Origin: Candidatus Nomurabacteria bacterium
Lineage (GTDB): Bacteria; Patescibacteriota; Minisyncoccia; Phycocordibacterales; UBA5272
Reading direction: 5' to 3'
DNA length: 64,000 bases
Assembly: GCA_040376695.1 (NCBI GenBank)
Contig: JBEIQD010000001.1
Location: forward strand, 145,437 to 209,436
The notes below the pieces were generated by a model that had not been told where the DNA came from, did not search any database, and saw nothing but the letters and a program-made list of their open reading frames with translations. This document shows, piece by piece, positions 29,971 to 39,650 of the stretch. Each line of letters begins with the position of its first letter. The first letter of the stretch is position 1. A program made the position numbers and the translations under genes.

Positions 29971-30660
29971 ATGGAAATACTCATGAACCAACCATTATTA
30001 CTCGTTCTTCTAAGTTCTGCCGCACTTCCTGCGCTTGCAGTCATTGCTCTTCTCTTGCGGAGGAATCTTTTTGAAGGAAAGCTCAAAATTGCTTTCCTAT
30101 CCATTGGGCTTGCTCTTCTTGTGTTTACTGTCTTCGCAACATTCAATGAACATGCTGAAGATTTAGGGTGGACAGACTTACTGGTTGCTGCAATCACGGC
30201 ACTCATTACCCTTTTCATTCTTTCTCGTTTTAATCATGGGCATGCTCATGACAAAGAATTAGAAGGGGCAAAAGGTATCGTGGTTAGTGAAGCCTTTCAT
30301 TCCCTCATCGACGGAGCAGTGATTGGTGCGACTTATTTGGTAAGCCCCTTGCTTGGATACGCTGCAACGCTTGGAATTATCATTCATGAGCTTCCAAAAA
30401 TCATTGGCACACTCACCGTGTTCCGTGGCTTAGGGCTTTCTATTAAAAAATCAATCGTGTACGGCATAGCAGCTCAAATAGGATCTCCTATTGCTGCAAT
30501 ACTTGTATACATGCTTGGAAAACAAATAGACCATGAACAGCTCCACGCGCTTGAAATAGCAAGTATTGCTTCTTTGGGTTCGATCGTACTGTGGATTATT
30601 TGGCTTGAGATTGGTTTCCACCGACGTCATCCAAAAAATCATGAAGGACATTCTCACTAG
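29971..30660 (+). CDS. ZIP family metal transporter
   Basis: HGHAH loop, AFHSLIDG, IIIHELPK; His-rich tail. Confidence 0.88.
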   Translation: MEILMNQPLLLVLLSSAALPALAVIALLLRRNLFEGKLKIAFLSIGLALLVFTVFATFNEHAEDLGWTDLLVAAITALITLFILSRFNHGHAHDKELEGAKGIVVSEAFHSLIDGAVIGATYLVSPLLGYAATLGIIIHELPKIIGTLTVFRGLGLSIKKSIVYGIAAQIGSPIAAILVYMLGKQIDHEQLHALEIASIASLGSIVLWIIWLEIGFHRRHPKNHEGHSH

Positions 30661-30674
30661 TGTGATCTTTTTAC

Positions 30675-30700
30675 AAAGAGGCTGCGTAGCAGCCTCTTTT
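30675..30700 (+). terminator. Terminator after ZIP gene
   Basis: AAAGAGGCTGC-GTA-GCAGCCTCTTT. Confidence 0.8.
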
Positions 30701-30723
30701 TTAATGCAAATAACTTGCATTAA
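30701..30723. promoter_or_regulatory. Third putative Fur/Zur box overlapping a -35
   Basis: TTAATGCAA-ATAAC-TTGCATTAA; TTGCAT-17-TACTAT. Confidence 0.55.
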
Positions 30724-30784
30724 AGTTTTTTAGATGCTACTATTCCTACATGCGTATTATTCGCATGTAAAAGGAGATACATCT

Positions 30785-31054
30785 ATGGGAAACCATACCA
30801 CGATTAAAGGTTGTTTACTTGATCCACCTTGTGCGTCTTGCGCTTTTGGATCAAACAAAACTTCTTCACCTGTCGTTCAAATTCTTATCCCCAAAAGAAG
30901 ATATGGGTGCACTAAGGGCGGAGGAGATATTGTCCGCACCGAACATGGTGTGGGAATACAAACCTCCACCGGTATCCGTTACCTGACAAAACAAGGAGAA
31001 GCTCGGGCGATTGAAAAAGGATACCCAGAACTTGTTATAGAAACATCATCATGA
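30785..31054 (+). CDS. Orphan Cys-containing protein
   Basis: AAGGAG SD, ATG 30785; CLLDPPCASC motif. Confidence 0.6.
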   Translation: MGNHTTIKGCLLDPPCASCAFGSNKTSSPVVQILIPKRRYGCTKGGGDIVRTEHGVGIQTSTGIRYLTKQGEARAIEKGYPELVIETSS

Positions 31055-31401
31055 CTCAAGAACTCAATTTGCAAAAAGTACACGTCTGTAAAAAAGGATC
31101 CACCGTTGGACGAGTTCCGGGACTTCTCTTGGGAACTAAAGATAACGGTATTCTTATACGCATGTGCACTAAAGTTGGGTGTAGTGTGCCCGTGGGGCTC
31201 ACACGAGCGTGTGATATGGATGTATACACAACAGAACTGTCTGTGCATATACACCCAACAGAAAAAGAAATTGAAGCACTGGCTGAACTTTCAAATCGAC
31301 TTGGTAGTTATGAAAAGTTTTATGAACTGGCGATCCCTGAAGGGGTAGACCCATTATTTGTGCGCTATCAAGAATTTTTTCCTAATAGATTTACGTTCTA
31401 G
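31051..31401 (+). CDS. Orphan Cys-containing protein
   Basis: ATGA overlap with the upstream ORF (translational coupling); terminator follows. Confidence 0.6.
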   Translation: MTQELNLQKVHVCKKGSTVGRVPGLLLGTKDNGILIRMCTKVGCSVPVGLTRACDMDVYTTELSVHIHPTEKEIEALAELSNRLGSYEKFYELAIPEGVDPLFVRYQEFFPNRFTF

Positions 31402-31407
31402 TACACC

Positions 31408-31432
31408 AAAGAGAGGCCTCGAGCCTCTCTTT
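31408..31432. terminator. Bidirectional terminator
   Basis: AAAGAGAGGC-CTCGA-GCCTCTCTTT. Confidence 0.8.
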
Positions 31433-32482
31433 TTATTTCATAATACCCCCACCCACGCACTTGATATCATCATACAAAACGAGTGATTGTCCTGACGTAT
31501 GAATAAGTTCTCCCTCTAAAACTTCTACTTTCCATCCATCTTCACCCCTTAATACCTTCACCTTTGCTAAAGAGGCTCGGTAGCGACCTCGCGCGCTATA
31601 TACGCTTTCTTGTGTAGGAGTTCCGTTCACAAAACTCACCTTTTCTAAAACTATTTCCTGACTTTTTTCTGTGTGTGGTTTGGTGTGAGAAACAATAAGT
31701 GTATTCTTTTCTAAGTCTTTTCTAATAATATAATAAGGTGCATCATCAGTGCTTTTTTTTATTATGGTAAAACCGTGTCGTTCACCGATAGTGTAAAACA
31801 TAACTCCCGTATGGCTCCCTATGACCGCACCTGCTTCATCTATCACATCCCCTGCCTCCTCTTTGATGTATTCTTTAAGAAGCGTTTTTAAATCAATCGT
31901 TCCAATAAAACAAAGTCCCTGGCTATCCTTTTTAGTACTTGTGTAGAGATTTCTTTTTTCAGCCTCTTTTCGTACATCGTCCTTTTCCATGTGCCCAATT
32001 GGGAACAATACATGCTCAAGATCGTTTTTAGTAAGTGTCCACAAGAAGTATGTTTGATCTTTGTTTATATCCTTCGGAAGAAGTAGGTGTGTATTATCAG
32101 TCAGAGCATAATGTCCCGTTGCTATATAATCAGCCCCTTGTTGCTTAGCCCATTTCCAGAATGCCCCAAACTTTACCTCACGGTTACACATCACATCAGG
32201 GTTTGGCGTACGACCAATTCTGTATTCTTCTATCATATAATCAATAACGCCTTGCTTGTATTCCTTTTCAAGATCAAGTGTTACGAATGGAATACCTAAC
32301 TGAGAAGCAACTCGCATAGCATCTAATCTATCCTCTTTCCACGTACATTCAATAAAATCTGGTTGCCATACTTTAATGAATACGCCAGTTACATCGTACC
32401 CCTGTTCAAGAAGTAACGCAGCAGAAACAGACGAATCGACTCCGCCTGACATGCCAACATATACTTTCTTCTTGTTATTCAT
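31433..32482 (-). CDS. mnmA: tRNA 2-thiouridylase MnmA
   Basis: SGGVDSSV, TPNPDVMCNREVKF, KDSQGLCF. Confidence 0.96.
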   Translation of the reverse strand: MNNKKKVYVGMSGGVDSSVSAALLLEQGYDVTGVFIKVWQPDFIECTWKEDRLDAMRVASQLGIPFVTLDLEKEYKQGVIDYMIEEYRIGRTPNPDVMCNREVKFGAFWKWAKQQGADYIATGHYALTDNTHLLLPKDINKDQTYFLWTLTKNDLEHVLFPIGHMEKDDVRKEAEKRNLYTSTKKDSQGLCFIGTIDLKTLLKEYIKEEAGDVIDEAGAVIGSHTGVMFYTIGERHGFTIIKKSTDDAPYYIIRKDLEKNTLIVSHTKPHTEKSQEIVLEKVSFVNGTPTQESVYSARGRYRASLAKVKVLRGEDGWKVEVLEGELIHTSGQSLVLYDDIKCVGGGIMK

Positions 32483-32517
32483 TATCCAAATCTACCACGG
32501 AGATACACCTTTTCAAA

Positions 32518-33069
32518 CTAAGCATTCATCATCTTTCGATAACATGCCACAAGAGCTTTTGTGTCAGCAAGCGCTGTATGAGCTTTACTATTTTCCACCT
32601 TAAGCAATTCACAGAGTGCGCGAAGGGAGAATTTATCCGCTTGTGGAGCGTCGTAGAGTCGAGCAAATGCCATAGAGATGGTATCTAACTTCGCATAGTG
32701 CATACGACTATCCACGCCAGTTTCCTCAAATGCTTTTTGAATAAAAGCGTAATCAAACACAAGGTTATGTGACACAAAGGTTGCACTCTGCGTCTTCTTT
32801 GCAAATTCTTCCATCGCCTTTTTTCGATCCACTGCAAACATCCAATCAACTTCGTTATACCCGTTCACACGAAGTGCTTGTTCATCAGCTAGTTCAAGAC
32901 GCTCTGGTTTTATCTTCCACTCGCACTCTTCAATAATTTCAAGCGATGGACCCCTTCCTGGTCGTTCAACCTGACGAGCGATAACACAAGCAAGTTCAAT
33001 GATTTCATGTTTATTTGGATCAAACCCTGTTGTTTCTGTGTCGATAAAAGCGAGATTGTGAATTTTCAT
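32518..33069 (-). CDS. DEDDh 3'-5' exonuclease (DnaQ-like)
   Basis: IDTETTG, HNLVFD, HTALAD. Confidence 0.9.
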   Translation of the reverse strand: MKIHNLAFIDTETTGFDPNKHEIIELACVIARQVERPGRGPSLEIIEECEWKIKPERLELADEQALRVNGYNEVDWMFAVDRKKAMEEFAKKTQSATFVSHNLVFDYAFIQKAFEETGVDSRMHYAKLDTISMAFARLYDAPQADKFSLRALCELLKVENSKAHTALADTKALVACYRKMMNA

Positions 33070-33099
33070 GCGGGATAAGTAACTAGTAGATAAAGATTT

Positions 33100-33996
33100 T
33101 TAACGAAGATATTTTTCAATATTTTTCTTGTGCTCGGCAAACGTTTTTGAGTAGTACATTTTACCATCACGTCCTGTTAAATAATAGAGATACGGATTTA
33201 CTGTTGGGTTGAAGACTGCGTCTATTGCAATCAGTCCAGGATTGTTAATAGGTTGTTCTGGAATGCCACTTTTCCTATAGGTAACTTCGGCAACATCCAC
33301 CTGAAGACGCATTCCCTTGGAAAGGCGTTCTTGTAAAATTCCTGAAACAATCTTCATATCTTTTGGAGTGTTGGCTTCTCCTTCGATAATTGATGCTAAT
33401 GAAATAACTGCTCGCTGTGTAGGAACAAACCGTGGGTAACTTACCTCTCCAAATTCTGCAGCGTACTGTTTATCAAACGTAGTCTTCATCCGCTCTATAA
33501 TATCTTTTTCGGTGAATGAAGGGAGTGGGTAATATGTTGAAGGAAAAAGATATCCGTCTAAGTTATCTTTTTGTACCAACTCTCCAAAGACATCAACTGA
33601 AATAGTTGGAACTGCTTTTTTGAAAGCTTCTGCAATATCTTTAGTTGTATATCCTTCAGGAATTGTTACTGAAAGAAGAGGCTCATCTGGACCTTTAACA
33701 AATTTTGCAACAATGACACCTAGTGGTGCTTTTGAAGTAAATACATATACCCCCAGATCTATTGCTGTATCCCGACCAAGTATTGAAATCCAGCCTCTAA
33801 AAAATAAAGCCGAATTAATTATCTTTTCTTTTTCGAGACGTTCACTCACACTATAAAGACTCTCACCTTCTCCCACTTGAAACCTTTGCCCTTCAGGAAA
33901 AGAAGTAGGCGCATTGAAAGCTAAACTGTAGGCCAATAAGCCAAATATAAGAACTCCTGCAATCGCTATAATTTGTATTTTATCGTGAATACGCAT
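33100..33996 (-). CDS. mltG: Endolytic transglycosylase MltG
   Basis: TIPEG, GYLFPSTY, LASIIEGEA, PINNPG. Confidence 0.9.
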   Translation of the reverse strand: MRIHDKIQIIAIAGVLIFGLLAYSLAFNAPTSFPEGQRFQVGEGESLYSVSERLEKEKIINSALFFRGWISILGRDTAIDLGVYVFTSKAPLGVIVAKFVKGPDEPLLSVTIPEGYTTKDIAEAFKKAVPTISVDVFGELVQKDNLDGYLFPSTYYPLPSFTEKDIIERMKTTFDKQYAAEFGEVSYPRFVPTQRAVISLASIIEGEANTPKDMKIVSGILQERLSKGMRLQVDVAEVTYRKSGIPEQPINNPGLIAIDAVFNPTVNPYLYYLTGRDGKMYYSKTFAEHKKNIEKYLR

Positions 33997-33998
33997 AC

Positions 33999-35516
33999 CT
34001 ATTGAGGAAGATTAACTGGAGCAACACCTTTAGCACTATCAATACGTGGAAGTGTAGGAGTTGTGGCAACTGCGCCAGGTAAGTGCCATAGAGTAGCAAG
34101 TTCCTCAAGGTTAAGTGTAAATACTTCGTCCGCATGTGGGTGACTAAATGGATGGAAAAATCCTTCATACACCATACGCCATAGTTTTCTTGTCTTCATA
34201 TCAGAACCCCAGAAAGCAGAATCCTCCCGTTTGTCGAGCCATTCTCTTCCTTCGATATGAGGATAGAAACCTTCACGTTCAACATACGCCTCAAACATCT
34301 CTTCTGTTCTCCAAGGAATTCTTCGTCCTTTATAATTCTGCCAATTAAAGTCGTACGGAGTTGTCACTTTCTTAAAGCTAACAGAGTTTATTCCCACGGT
34401 AGGCTTGTGAACACTGAGGATATTTTGAATATTTCCTCCATTAAATTTTCCTTTATTTTTATCTACCACATACAACATGCGTATGATGACGTTTGCGAGC
34501 GGCTTTGATAGCTTCTTATTAACTGCTTCTATGAGATCCTTGTCTTCAGAACTTAAATCCATTTCCTTTTTTGAAATGGCTTTTGTTTTTTGATGTACAG
34601 CATCTCCAAAAATTGGCTTTCCCTCTGCGTCTTTACCGGTTTGCTTTTGTTTTATATCACCTTCATCATCGTATACTTTATCTCCTTTTTTGACCCAACC
34701 GCCTATTTTTAGTTGTTTCTTGTACTTGTCAGCCATATCCTTAAGAGATAAATGCTCATGTGATATTTCATTAAGATAAAGCTTTGGCATCTTCCTGCCG
34801 TCATACACTGACTCATCTTGAAGAATAATTTGGTACCACAAATATTCACCCTTTCCCATACTTCCCATCATTTCTAAGATTGGCGTAATTGGATCAATTT
34901 TAAATTCTTCTTTTGGATCCTTATCAAGACCGTAATCTACGTATGTCTTAATAGGTAAAAAATCCGCCTTCATTTTATACGGCTCTCCTTTTTTATCTTT
35001 ATATGGTTCCCCTTCATCCTCATTAGTTGGCGTCCAAGATTTTTGAAGTCCGTATGTTTCCCCCCAACATTCCACATCTTTTGAAAGGTGATGGTATCTA
35101 ATGAGATTTGTATAGTCATCGGCTTCAACGATTTCAATGCCTGGATATTGCGCATAAAAATTAGACTCCACAAGTGAACGGAACTTACCTTGTGTACGAA
35201 TATAAAAATGAATTACTCCCTCAAGAGAAGCTATTTCAAGCGATGAATACATTGGAAGATTCCCTTGGAAATATTTGTTATACCAAGTACCGATACCTCC
35301 TCCTTGTAAAAGAGAAGCGAGCGCAACTTCCGTTGCATACGGGGATTTAAAGATTTCACGAGGGAGCTTGATTTCAAGCATGATATATTCCTGACTCGTT
35401 TTATTTAAATATTTCTGATTAATATACATCATCCAGAACCTCCACGACCATGCACATAGAAGTAGGAATAGACAAAAATAGATAAGGCTGAGCGCGATAT
35501 CAATGAGGAGTTGCAT
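33999..35516 (-). CDS. Conserved hypothetical membrane-anchored protein (CPR-type)
   Basis: N-terminal TM; LEIKLPRE, YAQYPGIEIVEADDY, LNLEELATLWHLP. Confidence 0.75.
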   Translation of the reverse strand: MQLLIDIALSLIYFCLFLLLCAWSWRFWMMYINQKYLNKTSQEYIMLEIKLPREIFKSPYATEVALASLLQGGGIGTWYNKYFQGNLPMYSSLEIASLEGVIHFYIRTQGKFRSLVESNFYAQYPGIEIVEADDYTNLIRYHHLSKDVECWGETYGLQKSWTPTNEDEGEPYKDKKGEPYKMKADFLPIKTYVDYGLDKDPKEEFKIDPITPILEMMGSMGKGEYLWYQIILQDESVYDGRKMPKLYLNEISHEHLSLKDMADKYKKQLKIGGWVKKGDKVYDDEGDIKQKQTGKDAEGKPIFGDAVHQKTKAISKKEMDLSSEDKDLIEAVNKKLSKPLANVIIRMLYVVDKNKGKFNGGNIQNILSVHKPTVGINSVSFKKVTTPYDFNWQNYKGRRIPWRTEEMFEAYVEREGFYPHIEGREWLDKREDSAFWGSDMKTRKLWRMVYEGFFHPFSHPHADEVFTLNLEELATLWHLPGAVATTPTLPRIDSAKGVAPVNLPQ

Positions 35517-35556
35517 GAGAATAGTATATCAGTAATAACTGGGAACTGACCAGTAG

Positions 35557-35582
35557 AAAAGCGACATGTGTATGTCGCTTTT
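35557..35582 (-). terminator. Terminator
   Basis: AAAAGCGACAT-GTGT-ATGTCGCTTTT. Confidence 0.75.
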
Positions 35583-35609
35583 CTGGATTCTTTATATAGA
35601 TATTAAACT

Positions 35610-36638
35610 TTATGCCAATGTGTATTCTCCAGCAACCTTACGGAAATACTTTGCATTCTGAAGATTTACGAGAACTGTGTTTGGTTTTACAATACGCTTT
35701 GCAAGTACTCGTTTTACAATTTCATCTTTTGGAAGTGGACGCCCTGATTCCTTAAGAACTTCAGTGATCACATCACGCACAACTCCTCCTGTGTGCCCCC
35801 AATCTTTAAGTCCGTACATTCCACGGCCAACAAGAACAAATCGAGAGTCTTTAATGAGTTCATTGTGACATGTGGCAACATGAGCCTTCTTTCCGAATGT
35901 CTTGTTGATTTCTGTAGCAACCTCCTTGAAGTGCATAGGGCGTCCAGCGCGTCGCATAATCAAATATGCATAATCCTTAATACCGCGAGCCTTAACATGT
36001 GGAGATGATGTGCGACCCCACTCTGAAAGCTGGTTCTTCCCAATTACTTTTGAAAGTGCAAGGTAGCGGTAAATAACTTCTTTGTTATCCTTAAATTCTC
36101 CAATAACTTCTGTAAGATGACTTACAAAACGAGTAAAGATTTCTTCTTCTGTTACGAGGTCTTCTTCATCAATTGAACTATAGAGCTTCTGGAGAGCCTC
36201 ACGAATATGTGTTGCGTGCTTATCGTCAATTGAAAAATGAGCATGGAAATGATCATCCTCTTTGTGCTTCTTAAATTCATCCCCAAGGGCGAGATAGAGG
36301 TTGATGTGGTTCTGAACTACAGGATCCTTTGAAATATGACGCATGAGGTGCTCCTCTGAAACAACAGCTCCGAGTTCCTTAAGAACAGACTTAAGTTCAT
36401 CAAACACAAAAGCGTGTTCCTTAAATTCCTTTGACTTCTTAACTGAGGCAAGAGCGAAATTTTCAATCTGACGAACACGTTCTCGAGTAATGTCGTATGT
36501 CTTTCCAATAGCTTCAAGCGTCATGCGACCTTCCTTCTCAAGTCCATAGCGATTAACCACAATCTCACGAGTACGTGGGTTGAGGGTGGTGAGAAGCTTC
36601 TTCGAAACTGCTTTAGGTTTAAAGGTTATTCCTGCCAT
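35610..36638 (-). CDS. Sigma70 region 4 HTH plus HARE-HTH domain protein
   Basis: TLEAIGKTYDITRERVRQIE; HNELIKDSRFVLVGRGMYGL. Confidence 0.8.
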   Translation of the reverse strand: MAGITFKPKAVSKKLLTTLNPRTREIVVNRYGLEKEGRMTLEAIGKTYDITRERVRQIENFALASVKKSKEFKEHAFVFDELKSVLKELGAVVSEEHLMRHISKDPVVQNHINLYLALGDEFKKHKEDDHFHAHFSIDDKHATHIREALQKLYSSIDEEDLVTEEEIFTRFVSHLTEVIGEFKDNKEVIYRYLALSKVIGKNQLSEWGRTSSPHVKARGIKDYAYLIMRRAGRPMHFKEVATEINKTFGKKAHVATCHNELIKDSRFVLVGRGMYGLKDWGHTGGVVRDVITEVLKESGRPLPKDEIVKRVLAKRIVKPNTVLVNLQNAKYFRKVAGEYTLA

Positions 36639-36684
36639 ATGTAGTGATATATAATATACATTCTACCAGAACTTGCCAAAAACG

Positions 36685-39564
36685 TCAAATTACGATATTT
36701 ATGAGCTTGTTAGGCACAAAAATGATTTTCTTTGGGGTAGCTTCGCCTACATATTTCTGGAAGAAGTCAGTTTTCTTAACCTCGTCTAACACGTGTATCT
36801 CTGTCGTATCATGAGGAACTGTAAGGGTTCCTCGCAACTTACCGCCAATTTGAACCGCGATAGTGGCGCTCGCTTCACGGATGTAATTTTCATCATAGAC
36901 AGTCCAATCAGCTGCGTGGATCGAACCTTCTTCCCCTAGCTGGTTCCATAGCTCTTCTGTAATATGAGGTGCGAATGGAGCTAAAACCTTGAGGAACTCC
37001 GTGTACCAATACTGAGAAATTGAAGCTTCTTCATCGGCTTGATTAAGGCAAATCATCATCGCACTAATGGCGGTATTAAATTTGAAACCTTCAATATCTT
37101 CACCTACTTTTTTAATTGTTTTATGAAGCAATGACTTCATCTTATCTGAGTCAGCAACATCAGCAGATACTTTACCGGAGAGCTTCCATACCCGCTCTAA
37201 AAAGCGCTCAGTGCCTGCAATTCCTTTCGTATCCCAAGCAACTGTTTGCTCAAATGGACCCATAAACATTTCATACATACGAAGTGTGTCTGCTCCGTAT
37301 TGATTAACCACATCGTCTGGGTTAATAACGTTCCCTGCACGTTTACTCATTTTGCGTCCGTCTTCCGCAAGAATGAATCCGAGGAATTCAAGTCGTGAAA
37401 AAGGTTCATCGTTTGACACAACACCAATGTCATATAAAAACTTGTGCCAAAAACGAGCATAGATTAAATGGCGGGTTGCGTGGTCTCCTCCAACATAGAC
37501 ATCCACCGGCTGCCATTTCTTTTCAATCCCCGCATCAGTAAGAGCTTGAGAGTTATGCGGATCAGCGAAACGAAGATAGTACCATGATGAACCGGCCCAC
37601 TGCGGCATAGTGTTTGTTTCGCGAGTAAAGCGCTTTGCTTGTGGATGAGATGATTCGCAACTTACAAACTCCCCTTCTTCATTAAGATATCCCGTAATGT
37701 TCACCCAAGATTCTATAGCCGCAAGGGGGCTTTCTCCTGTTCCTGTCGGTTCATATTTTTCTACCTCAGGCAATCTAACTGGAAGCTCACTGTCAGCAAC
37801 AACATAGGCAACATGATTCTCATCAAATACAATTGGAAAAGGTTCACCCCAATATCTTTGTCGTGCGAACACCCAATCTTTCAAACGATATCGAGAGATA
37901 AGTTTTCCTCCGACAACTTCAGTGATTTTTTTACGTGCTTCTTCAGAAGAAACTCCGACATGACTTCCAGAATTAACGAGCACACCTTCCCCTGTGTACG
38001 CGACATCTTTACCCGCCTTAAGTCGAGCTAACCAAAGTGGAAGCTCTGAGTTCACCATTTTTCCTGGAACAAAATCAGATGCATCTACCCAAACAATCTC
38101 ATTTCCTTCATCTTCTGCGATTCCTACATTTGTTTCATCCTCCAGCTCAAAATAGAGAGCAGAGGCAATCGCTAGTCTATTTTCATCTTTATGCTTCGTA
38201 AAGTAACTTGTCTGCACTGGATTTCCAAGTGTTCGTTTATATACAACATTCACATATCCAGTTTCTTCTCGTAGTTCACGCTTTGCTGCTTCAACAAGAT
38301 CTTCTCCGTCATCAACACCCCCCATAACAACAGTGTCCCAGCCATGAGTTTCATTCCTTAAAATAAGATACTTTTTAGTGGCGGGATTATAGACAATAAC
38401 GTGAACGTTTCTTCGCTTCACTTCTCGCTTCCCTTCCTGGGGTGGATTAACTGTATCGACAATAGACGGACGAACAACTTCTTTAATTGGAAGATTGTAT
38501 GTCTGAGCAAATTCGAAATCACGTTCATCATGTGCTGGAACTGCCATAAGTGCACCTGTTCCAACTCCTCCCATCACATAATTGGCAATCCACACAGGAA
38601 TTTCTTCTTTCGTTGCTGGATTGATTGCATACACACCAGTAAAAATTCCTTTCTTCTCTTTATCAGCTCCATATCCAAGAGACTCTTGCTCATTTTGAAG
38701 CAAAGCAATAAAGCTAATAACTTCTGACGAGGCTTCCCATCCATTCTTAATCCATGTATTTGCAAGTTCAGCTGAAATAGCAACAAAGGTCGCGCCGTAG
38801 AGTGTATCTGGTCGAGTGGTAAACACTTTTTGAGATGGAGGGACACCCTTTCCTGCAGCTAATTCAAAATCAAACTCAGCCCCCTCACTTTTCCCAATCC
38901 AGTTCTTTTGTGCGAGCTTAACCCCTTCCGGCCATTCCAATGTATCCAAATCTGCAATCATGCGGTCTGCGTAATCAGTAATCTTAAGCACCCACTGACG
39001 AAGTGGTTTCTTTTCTACTTTGCTCCCGCAGCGTTCACAAGAGTCTCCTTCTAGATCTTCATTCGCAAGTCCAGTCTTGCATGATGGACACCAATTAATA
39101 GGTTCATTGCTTTCGTACGCGAGATCTTTCTTCCACATTTGTTTAAAAATCCACTGAGTCCATTTATAGAACTCTGGATCGGTTGTATTGATTTCTTTTG
39201 TCCAATCATAATTACATCCAATAATTGAAAGCTGCTCCTTAAAGCGAGCAATATTTTTCTCAACAGCAACTCGTGGATGAACTTTATGTTTAAGAGCAAA
39301 TTCCTCAGCAGGAAGACCAAAAGCATCCCATCCCATTGGGTGGAGTATTTCATAACCTGCCATTGTCTTCATTCGAGAATAAATATCAGTTGCGATATAT
39401 CCTTTAGGATGACCTACGTGAAGCCCTTCACCTGACGGGTATGGAAACATATCCAATACATACATTTTCTTTTTTGTGGTGGAAATATCAGTCTCATAGA
39501 GCTTTGTATCTGCCCACTTCTTCTGCCACTTAGATTCTATGTTTTTAGGATTATATGATTCCAT
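36685..39564 (-). CDS. leuS: Leucine--tRNA ligase with inserted NUDIX domain
   Basis: MFPYPSGEGLHVGH, FTTRPDT, KMSKR; Nudix box GGVDDGEDLVEAAKRELREETGY. Confidence 0.95.
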   Translation of the reverse strand: MESYNPKNIESKWQKKWADTKLYETDISTTKKKMYVLDMFPYPSGEGLHVGHPKGYIATDIYSRMKTMAGYEILHPMGWDAFGLPAEEFALKHKVHPRVAVEKNIARFKEQLSIIGCNYDWTKEINTTDPEFYKWTQWIFKQMWKKDLAYESNEPINWCPSCKTGLANEDLEGDSCERCGSKVEKKPLRQWVLKITDYADRMIADLDTLEWPEGVKLAQKNWIGKSEGAEFDFELAAGKGVPPSQKVFTTRPDTLYGATFVAISAELANTWIKNGWEASSEVISFIALLQNEQESLGYGADKEKKGIFTGVYAINPATKEEIPVWIANYVMGGVGTGALMAVPAHDERDFEFAQTYNLPIKEVVRPSIVDTVNPPQEGKREVKRRNVHVIVYNPATKKYLILRNETHGWDTVVMGGVDDGEDLVEAAKRELREETGYVNVVYKRTLGNPVQTSYFTKHKDENRLAIASALYFELEDETNVGIAEDEGNEIVWVDASDFVPGKMVNSELPLWLARLKAGKDVAYTGEGVLVNSGSHVGVSSEEARKKITEVVGGKLISRYRLKDWVFARQRYWGEPFPIVFDENHVAYVVADSELPVRLPEVEKYEPTGTGESPLAAIESWVNITGYLNEEGEFVSCESSHPQAKRFTRETNTMPQWAGSSWYYLRFADPHNSQALTDAGIEKKWQPVDVYVGGDHATRHLIYARFWHKFLYDIGVVSNDEPFSRLEFLGFILAEDGRKMSKRAGNVINPDDVVNQYGADTLRMYEMFMGPFEQTVAWDTKGIAGTERFLERVWKLSGKVSADVADSDKMKSLLHKTIKKVGEDIEGFKFNTAISAMMICLNQADEEASISQYWYTEFLKVLAPFAPHITEELWNQLGEEGSIHAADWTVYDENYIREASATIAVQIGGKLRGTLTVPHDTTEIHVLDEVKKTDFFQKYVGEATPKKIIFVPNKLINIVI

Positions 39565-39606
39565 ACGTTATTACTACATACTATCACATTGCGTCTGTGA
39601 GATAAA

Positions 39607-39641
39607 AATAAAGAGCGCGCCTGTAGGCGCGCTCTTTATTT
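39607..39641 (-). terminator. Terminator
   Basis: AATAAAGAGCGCGCCT-GT-AGGCGCGCTCTTTATT. Confidence 0.85.
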
Positions 39642-39650
39642 ACTAACGGG

